In this document: one piece after another, positions 55,070-64,000 of the stretch | How positions within the stretch are numbered: the first letter of the stretch is position 1 | How the letters are laid out: the number at the start of each line of letters is the position of its first letter | Source of the DNA: Octopus sinensis | Taxonomy: Eukaryota | Length of the DNA stretch: 64,000 bases | Assembly: GCF_006345805.1 (NCBI RefSeq) | Contig: NC_043003.1 | Coordinates: 29,512,001-29,576,000 of the forward strand | Reading direction: 5' to 3' | Made by a program: the position numbers and the translations under genes | Notes under the pieces: generated by a model | The model's database searches: none | What the model was told of the DNA's origin: nothing | Seen by the model: the letters and a program-made list of their open reading frames with translations, nothing else

Positions 55070-57947
55070 TATATATGTGTGTATGTATGTATGTATGTAT
55101 GTATGTATGTGTATATATATTTGAAGGCCATTACTGGTCGTGTGAGTGATTTGGTAGACAGAAACTAAAGGAAGCCTATCATATGTGCATGTGTGTATGT
55201 GTGTGTCTTCGTGTCAGTGTTTGTCCTCTACCACCTCTTGACAACCAGTATTGGCATGTTTACAGCCACATAACTTAGTGGTTTGGTGAAAGAGACTGAT
55301 AGAATAAGTACCAAGCTTTAAAAATTTCCTTTGACTAAAATTCTTCAAAGTTGTGCCCCGGCATGGCCACAGTCTAATGACTGAAATAAGTAAACGATAA
55401 AAGATACAAACATTGTCATTATCTTTCCAAATCCTGTTGCATTTCACACAGAACTTTTAGTCTTCCAAATTCATTTTGGTATATAAGTTGACCTGTCTGT
55501 TTTGCTTGTAAATTTTGGCTTGAAAAATTCAACTTGTATGCCAGAAAATATGATATGGGTCTATATGACGTCCATTTGTTTAATTTGGGCTTTTTTTTTC
55601 ATACTGGCAATGGTTAGATAAATATTCTATTAAGACATTTTTTCACAGCTAAATGCCTTTCCTGTTACATTTCTTTTTCAAGTAAGGGATTTCTTATTTC
55701 GCACATCTATGAATGTGCTAAGGTAGAAAATGATTTATTGACAGGGGAAATGCCAATAATGTCACCACTTGTAGCTCAGCAAAGCAAATTGACCCCTTTT
55801 GATGATAAGAATTCAGTTTATTGATCAATCAAGCTACCTATTCATCAAATTAGCATGAAAGTGGTTGAGTATTAAACAAATACATGTAACTTCAATGTTA
55901 TTCTCATGCAGAATCAGTTTGGCATGGCTGGGGCTTTGAATTATGGGTTCAATCCATCCTAAAGTCTTTCACAGTTCCTGTCATCCCAGTTCTAGTCACA
56001 AGGTTCGAGTCAACCAAAGTTATGGTAAAAGACATTTGTCCAAAATATCATGTAGTAGAAGTGAACTTGTAATGTTATGATTGTTAAACAAGCTTTTTAA
56101 CCATTCAGCCATGCTGCCTACATACAAAAGTTTATTGAAACTTCTTTTAAAGATTATTTCCCATATCACCAACAAAAGAACCTCTAGTTGGTCATTTGAT
56201 GCACTAGAAATAGATGCCAGATCTCCTACAAATCACACCTTACCGTATTGATAATGGGAGGTCATATCGGATAATGTAACTTTAGGCACTTGTTTTCAGC
56301 ACCAAGTGAAAATTGGGAATGGTCATTGCTGGAACAGTTTTGGTTTATCTTTCATTTAAGAGAGAATAGAGCACTCCTGACCCTTTTGTAGTGATTCTGA
56401 GACTAATAAGATGGAGGGAGGAAGATACCCTCAAACTGGAGATCTGGCTCAAATATTTGCAAAAGAACCATTTTTTTTTTAGCAGAGGCACCCAAGATAC
56501 CAGATGGTAGATAATGGTTTTAGGGAGATATGACTGTTACTTCTAACAACTACATTGAAACTTTCCTATTCAAGTGGTAAATATTTGTTCTTATGTCTAC
56601 TTGTATATCCACCTAGAATCAGTTAAGCTGGCTCTAATCAATAAATCCATGGCACCATAAACAAAACTGGCCACATCTGGCAATAACAGACATCCAACAT
56701 CATCACGCTATCACAGTTTCAATAGCCAGATATGAGGACCAGATATTGATTCAAGCTTTGACTTGATCATGTTTATGGCTGCCTACTTCGTTATTTAAGC
56801 TATCCCAACAGGGGCTTTGATTTGATTGCTTCACAAATGAGTTCACACAATACTTGTCTTTCTCTTGATCATTAAATATATGGAACTACTTAATCCAATA
56901 CATCCTGCCTTTTTGAAGTTGGTAGGGTGTAATTAAAGGCAAAGTTGGTTGCTATTTCTAACAGGTCTTGAGCAACCACATAGATTTTGTTAGTCAACAT
57001 AACCTGTCACCATGAGAGAATGCCTTTACACAGTCATTCAACCTACAAGAATTAGCAGCAAAACCTCCTTCAAATCATACCCTTAGTAAAGAAAATCACA
57101 TTAAGTATTACAGGCCCTAATGTTCTATGCCAAGGAAAGAAACAGGACTGCTATAACTGAAATATCACTGGTCACACAGCTGCAGGAAACAAGGCTGACT
57201 TAGTCCTAAGCAACTCTGACATTCAATATACATTGCTGCTTGGTGTTGCTGTTATTGTTGCTGCAATAGTGGTGAAAAATATGGAACATTGTTTGATGTT
57301 GATCTTCCGTGTTCTTTGATTTTTTCTTCTTTTCCTTTACTTTTGTTTTTTTTTATTGGTCATCGAAAACTTTTGAGTCAATTTTTATCATTCTAGCATG
57401 AATGAATTCTCCAGATCTAATCAGATAAAACCTAGCGTCAGTTGTCTGTGTTCTTTTTCATTTCTCCTGTTGTATGATTCTGATGTTATGCTTTTTGACA
57501 CTATCATAATTAGTGCTGTCAAGCATAAACAAATTCAATAACTTCATACCTTTAGCAGTCACGATTATACAAGTGTCGCCTATTTAACAATTACATACGG
57601 CCTTCCCAAATTATTTTCAATGACACAGCAAATGTTTATTTGAACTTCGATTGGAGGATTTTCGACAAAGCAAAATGTTTACCATAGTGTAAGGTTTTTT
57701 TATAATTCATTTTAGGTTTGATAGGGGGGGCGTGGTTACTCTCGGTGTTTTTATTGTTGTTGGGGTATTAGTTTGGTACAAATAGCAAATTCTAAGAAAA
57801 TCACACAAAATTTGTATTGTCATCATCATCATTTAACATCCATTTTCCATTAGGGCAGGGATGGGACTATATATATATACATGTGTGTGTGTGTATACAT
57901 ACATACATACATACATACATACATACATACATACATACATACATACA

Positions 57948-57979
<32 letters not shown>

Positions 57980-58002
57980 CACACACACATAATCATTGTC
58001 AT

Positions 58003-59148
58003 CATCATCGTTTAACGTCCCTTTTCCATGCTAGCATGGGTTGGACAGTTCGACCGGGGTCTGGGAAACCAGAAGGCTACACCAGGCTCCAGTCTGATCT
58101 AGCAGTGTTTCTACAGCTGGATGCCCTTCCTAATGCCAACCACTCCATGCGTGTAGTGGGTGCTTTTTATGTGCTACTGGCACAGGTGCCAGGGGACGCT
58201 GGCAATGGGCACGATCGATTGGTGCTTTTTACGTGCTACTGGCACGGAAGCTAGTCAAGGCAGTGCTGGCATTGCCACGTTCGGATGGTGCTTTTTACAT
58301 GCCACTGGCACAGGTATTACAACTACAATTTCCATTTTACTTTTGTAATATTGATGTAATTGACTCAATAGGTCTCCTCAAGCACAGCAGGTCACCCTAT
58401 GATCCAAGGTAAGCACAGCAGGCCGTCCAAGGTACTTTGGATGGGCTGGGGCTTCTATGTAAAGCTGATGCAGGAAACACCCATGAACTCACGTTATTTG
58501 TCATGTCTTCGCAGTCAGAGCATATCTCCAGAGGTCTCGGTCTTTCGTGAGGCCCAACGTTCAAAGGTCATGCTTGACCACCTCATCCTATGTCTTCCTG
58601 GGTCTACCTCTAGCCCGGATTCCTTCAACTATTTGGAAGTGGCACTTCTTCACACATCTCTCCTCATCCATCCATAGTACATGATCATACCAGCGCAAAC
58701 ATCTCTCTTGCATGCCACATCCAATGCTTCTTATGTCCAGCATTTCTCTCAGGGTGCTTACACTCTGTCATGTGTACACACTGACATTACACATCCAGCG
58801 GATCATGCTAGCTTCATTTCTGCATGTCCTCTGCAGTCACAGCCCATGTTTCACTACCGTGAACATGGCAGTTCGCACACATGCATCATACAATCTACCT
58901 TTCACTCTGAGCGAGAGACCCTTTGTCACCAGTTGGGGTAGAAGCTTTCTAAACTTTGCCCAGGCTATTCGTATTCTAGTGGTGACACTTTCTGAGCATC
59001 CACCTCCACTATTAACTTGGTCACCTAGGTAGCGGAAACTATCAACTATTTCTAGTTTCTTCCCCTGGAGTGTGATGGAATCTGTTTTCTGAGTATCTGT
59101 GGTGTCTATTGCCCCTGTGCATCTGCCACACACAAAAGCTATCTTCTC
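58003..59148 (-). mobile_element. RTE LINE 3' end (RT C-terminus + 3' UTR with internal repeats + TGA tail)
   Basis: VDSFRYLGDQVNSGGGCSESVTTRIRIAWAKFRKLLP..KGRLYDACVR; 3' tail on the plus strand reads CATCATCGTTTAACGTCC. Confidence 0.9.
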
Positions 59149-59727
59149 GATATATATATATATATATATAATTGAAAAGCAATGTAATAATACATTACAA
59201 AGGATATATCATAAACAATAATTATTTATGAATACATCAATGGCCAAACATGTAATCATAAGTTACATAAAAGAAGAGTGCAATTATGAATAAATCACAA
59301 TTATAACAGAGATGGTAGCAAAATCCCTTACATGTTTGAATTATAGTGGCTTTATAGTGGGTTTTGACTACTATTTCGTAACATGTAAAGGTTTTTGCAA
59401 CCTTCTCCATTGTAAATTATTCTATTTTAATTATATATATGTGGGTATGTATGTATATATATATATATATATGCATATATGTGTGTATATATATATTCTT
59501 TTAATTCTTTCAGTCATTTGGCTGTGGCCATGCTAGGGCACCACCTTACATGGTTTTAGTTGAATAAATTGACCTCAGAACTTATTCTTTGTAAGCCTAG
59601 TACTTTTTCTATTGGTATCTTTAGCCAAACCACTAAGTTATCAGGGCATAAACATACTAGCATCGATTGTCCAGTGATGGTGGGGGGACAAACATAGACA
59701 CAAAAACACACATACATACATACATAT

Positions 59728-59796
<69 letters not shown>

Positions 59797-60022
59797 CACA
59801 CAGAGACACACATGTGTATACATATTGAACCTTTTCTTTGTAAATGTTTATAACTATGTACTCTACTAAAAAGTATTGAGTAATCTTTCAGTTTAATCTG
59901 AAACTGTTTTTATATATAACTTAACATATATAACAAACATTAATATTTATCTACATATATATACATATATGTGTATGTGTGTGTGTATATATATATGTGT
60001 ATGTGTGTGTATGTATTTATAT

Positions 60023-60059
<37 letters not shown>

Positions 60060-60267
60060 CTATATATATATATACTAATTAGTAAATAAATGGCACAACA
60101 AAGTACCGATATTTACTGGAAATAGCGAACGTAAAAATACGACGCTAAAGTGTAGCTTCACCGCGTATGTATTAGTAAAAATGCGTGTGTGCAACAAAAT
60201 AGAGAAAAAAAAAACCGTCTTACCTCCAGGGAGAACATCTGAAAGATGAACACCCGGAAAATGGATA

Positions 60268-60342
60268 ATGTGGTACCTGCAGTTTCAGGTTTTGCAAGAT
60301 ATGTCTCTCACCCATATTTGCTTTACCTTCTTCAGCCAACAT
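60268..60342 (-). ncRNA. Second copy of the type I hammerhead (1-nt deletion in stem III)
   Basis: Same fold, but stem III reads AC-UGCAG-GU; GUA site at 60274. Confidence 0.7.
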
Positions 60343-60698
60343 ATACCAAGACGAAACTACGATGTTACCACATAAATACTAACACACTCGACTGAAATAC
60401 GGAACGCTAACAGTACGAGAAACGGTGAAGAAGTTTCAAAATATCAGTAATGCAATACAAAGTATTGCCTTCCAGTAAAAAGTAGCCCGTGAGGGAAAAA
60501 TACACTAATTAGTAAATAAATGGCACAACAAAGTACCGATATTTACTGGAAATAGCGAACGTAAAAATACGACGCTAAAGTGTAGCTTCACCGCGTATGT
60601 ATTAGTAAAAATGCGTGTGTGCAACAAAATAGAGAAAAAAAAAACCGTCTTACCTCCAGGGAGAACATCTGAAAGATGAAACACCCGGAAAATGGATA

Positions 60699-60775
60699 AT
60701 GTGGTACCTGCAGGTTTCAGGTTTTGCAAGATATGTCTCTCACCCATATTTGCTTTACCTTCTTCAGCCAAACAT
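60699..60775 (-). ncRNA. Type I hammerhead ribozyme, canonical core
   Basis: AUGUUUGG-CUGAAGA-AGGU aaa GCAA AUAUG(ggugagaga)CAUAU c UUGC aaa ACCU-GAA-ACC(UGCA)GGU-A-CCACAU; predicted cleavage 3' of GUA at 60705. Confidence 0.85.
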
Positions 60776-61130
60776 ATACCAAGACGAAACTACGATGTTA
60801 CCACATAAATACTAACACACTCGACTGAAATATGGGTGAGAGACATATCTTGCAAAACCTGAAACCTGCAGGTACCACATTATCCATTTTCCGGGTGTTT
60901 CATCTTTCAGATGTTCTCCCTGGAGGTAAGACGGTTTTTTTTTTCTCTATTTTGTTGCACACACGCATTTTTACTAATACATACGCGGTGAAGCTACACT
61001 TTAGCGTCGTATTTTTACTTTCGCTATTTCCAGTAAATATCGGTACTTTGTTGTGCCATTTATTTACTAATTAGTGTATTTTTCCCTCACGGCTACTTTT
61101 TACTGGAAGGCAATACTTTGTATTGCATTA

Positions 61131-61217
<87 letters not shown>

Positions 61218-61301
61218 CATAGATATATACAGATACATATAGATATATATACATACACATATATGCATACATACAAACACTCACACACACACACACACAC
61301 A

Positions 61302-61518
61302 TACGAGGGGGTATCCAAAAGAAACCGGAATTTTGCAATGTTATTTTATTCACTTAGTTTTACAAGTTTACACTTTTATTGCCTTCAAATATTCTCGATT
61401 TGAAGCAATGCACCAGTCCAGACACGTTTTCCACTGTTCGAAGCAGTGGCGGACCTCTTGCTAAGTGATGCCTTTTAATGCCTCTGTTGTTTGTTTCTTC
61501 ACCTCTTCCACATCTGTA
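61302..61518 (-). mobile_element. Mariner 3' end fragment
   Basis: TA-CGAGGGGGTATCC terminus; minus frame FTDVEEVKKQTTEALKGI..CFEQWKTCLDWCIASN. Confidence 0.7.
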
Positions 61519-62440
61519 AATTACATAGTAGCATCTAAACCTCTTGCCCGTGACTATTTTCTAGAGCTGCTTCACCTGATTCACACAAAGGTGATTATAC
61601 TATCTAATTAAATAGTATCAATGTGACCTGTATAGCATTCCATATTGCTAATCATTAGCCGACTCCCTACTGCTAGCTTCCTTTGATATCTGATCTGGTA
61701 TTTCCACTAACTCCATACTAGGTATAGTTTATTATATAATCCCATCTTTCTTTAAACTTCTTAATGATACGTAGTACTCTACTATTACTAACACTACAAT
61801 TCCATAAAAGTTAGATCTTATTATTCGATTGACTTTGTACCCTCCCCTAACTTTCAACCAATATCCACAGAATACCCCTAAATTCTGTATATCTCAGCCT
61901 TCCTACTTTTGTCATTTAGCCTTAGCTAGCGAATCCTAAACCCCGACCCTATGCCTAATTGGTTTGTATGCTTTTATTTTTCTTCACTCTTTTGCTTTCT
62001 TTATTCTTTCTTTCTTTGTCCTTAATTTATATTAGGCCCCCTCATTGCTTCCCACTGCTCTAAAACCACTATAATGAAATATCACCTACACTCCATTCCA
62101 ACCTACCTAAGAACTAGTCTCACAAACTCCTATCTCACCTGGATCGCTGACCTTAGATATATTACACACTATCAAGAACTATATTCTTAACCTCAACAAC
62201 CAACTTTGTTGGTCATTCTCCCATTTCATAGTCGGCCTCAACAGACTTCAGCCACATCCCTGCTGTATCCTTGGGATATTCTTTTGTTTGTAAAATTACG
62301 TTCCATCTGATGATTACAGTTTTTTTGTAATGAAGCAATGTTCTCATTCTTCTATTAAAAAGATACATAAGAAATAACTGTAATGCACTGACAATTATCC
62401 ATGGAAAGTTATTATTCATTTGATTATATATATATATATG

Positions 62441-62477
<37 letters not shown>

Positions 62478-62484
<7 letters not shown>

Positions 62485-62660
62485 GGAGAATTCACAAAAA
62501 AAACAAAAGACAAAGACAGGTGGCATAGACAACAAACAGATGTACTAGTATAATGCTCGGGAAGTGAAAAAGTCTTTAACGTTTCGAGCCTACGCTCTTC
62601 CACAGAAAGGAACACAGAAAGAAACAAGGAGAGAAAATATAGAATGTATAGTGGCTACTG
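62478..62660 (-). mobile_element. PLE-type terminal repeat fragment with a minimal hammerhead-like motif (62574-62609)
   Basis: CUUU-CUGUGGA-A-GAGC(guag)GCUC-GAA-ACGU-U-AAAG on the minus strand; abuts a (TA)n tract. Confidence 0.55.
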
Positions 62661-62664
62661 ATCT

Positions 62665-63628
62665 ATCATTTTGAAAGGACAATCCTTCCTGAAATGTAGG
62701 ACTCCACATCAATAGCAGGGGTTTGGTTTTAACATATTTTTTTTCATTTATAACTTCTCAGTCAACATGCTTGTACTTGTGAGAATGCCTTCTCTTCAAT
62801 TTTCTTTACATCCTGTCACAATTTTACCATTCTTTGACACTCCTCTGCAACTATTTCAGGGTTAAACTTTGGTCCACTTCTTCAAGCTTTGTGAGAACTC
62901 TTGCACATATCTCTGCATTTTTGTTTGCTATAAGCCCTTGTATAAAAATGAGGCACTTAAACATATCCAGGGTTAGTTCCTTCAGTTTAAACCTTTTGCA
63001 CATTTGGTTTACAGTCCTGGCATACGTGATAAAGTCTTCATCTTTTTTAACTAGATTCCAACACTCCCACCAAGTGTTAAATAGGAAACTCTTACCACTG
63101 AATATTTTGGATACTAGTTCAACTGTTTCTTGGAAACAAATTTCACTAGTTTTTTTGCTTAGCATGAAATTTCAGTACTTTTCATGTTCAGCTGGCACTA
63201 ATTTATGTAATAATAGTTTTACTTTTTTGTTGTCCATCCACAACTTGCAATCTTCCCTGAAGATTCTTCATACCTTCTAAAGTATGCTGCAAATATTATA
63301 ATCTCCTCTGAGTCATAACTGAATTCTCTTACAGAGTTCAATAACACCGTCTGACAAAAATGAGCTTATAGTCTTTCCAAACTTCTTAAGTCATAGCTTC
63401 AGTAACTGTTATTGTTTTTCTTGTTGCTGAAGCAGTTGTTTCTGAAGCACCTGTTGCTGTTCTTGCTGCTGTTTTTACAACTGTATTATAGAAGCTAATA
63501 GGTCTTCTACCATTAACAACTTTGTATCAAAAAAATTTGTTAACTGAACTGCATGAGCTTCAAATCCTCGCCAATATTGTAACATGGTTACTCATTGCCA
63601 ATTATTGTAGCATTGCCACTATAAACGA

Positions 63629-63630
<2 letters not shown>
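62665..63630 (-). mobile_element. Degenerate Gypsy (Mag/K02A2.6-like) 5' fragment: LTR remnant, PBS, gag
   Basis: LTR end ..GTTACA (63578), then TGGCGAGGAT (63573-63564). gag runs from ATG 63513 with a poly-Q start, FAAYFRRYEE, KVKLLLHKL..EHEKY, ETVELVSKIFS, FKCLIFIQGL and a knuckle remnant HFRKDCPFK. Confidence 0.85.
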
Positions 63631-63678
<48 letters not shown>

Positions 63679-64000
63679 GCATATAAACTTATAAACATCT
63701 ACTTATCGAAATGGAAAAATTATCATAAAAATCAGTTCTATTCATTTTTTTTAAATACACACACACACTCACACACACACACACTCACACACACATATAA
63801 ACAGCTAGGTTTCATACTTAATGCATATACACTGTTGACAGGAAAGTTACTTCTGTTTTTGTCCAAGATAAAATCTCTTACAAACATATTGTATTTAAAA
63901 ACACAATGCACATCAAAGGGAGAAGAGTTATTATCCCTGCAGTTGCTAGCAAGATCACCAGAGTGGCTTTGTCGATAATGTGTACTTACAGCCAGCCACA

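Larger units (their letters stand above)
60074..61135 (-). mobile_element. Tandem ~431-bp hammerhead-containing unit plus an inverted partial copy (retrozyme/PLE-pLTR-like)
   Basis: Direct copies start at 60074 and 60504. The inverted copy spans 60828-61135. (TA)n flanks both sides. Confidence 0.85.

Noticed and set aside
57240-57800. Mostly open minus-strand frame, considered as an endogenous viral element, NUMT or LINE ORF1
   Set aside because: Several stops and no motif I can recognise; a profile search would be needed.
60074-60832. CRISPR-like or prokaryotic repeat array
   Set aside because: Eukaryotic context; long near-identical units with no spacers. No CRISPR, rRNA or operon features were seen anywhere in the window.
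60505-61074. 88-aa and 80-aa ORFs (MAEEGKANMGERH...)
   Set aside because: They overlap the ribozyme, depend on indels that differ between copies, and resemble no known protein.

Overview
AT-rich, repeat-saturated eukaryotic DNA. It is most likely an octopus genome, inferred from the SINE and LINE repertoire. I can support only one host coding exon: a 200-codon CABIT-domain (GAREM/serrano-like) exon at 33629-34228 (+), whose downstream exons I could not find. The rest is microsatellite, tRNA-derived SINEs, RTE LINE fragments, a cluster of Dong/R4-type LINEs embedded in (TAA)n, Tc1/mariner and hAT elements, a composite Helitron, and a Gypsy LTR element at each end of the window. Two observations stand out. 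(1) Four sequence-unrelated small elements carry type I hammerhead-ribozyme (HHR) folds with palindromic stem III, and three of them have head-to-head inverted architecture typical of Penelope-like element (PLE) insertions. The best is a ~431-nt tandem unit at 60.07-61.13 kb with a canonical core (retrozyme/circRNA candidate); another, at 16.1 kb, has a swapped G3-C8 core pair. (2) The Gypsy element at the left edge lacks a TGG primer-binding site; instead it has 12 nt complementary to the 5' end of tRNA-Phe directly against the LTR. All structures were folded and aligned by eye; no database searches or folding programs were run.
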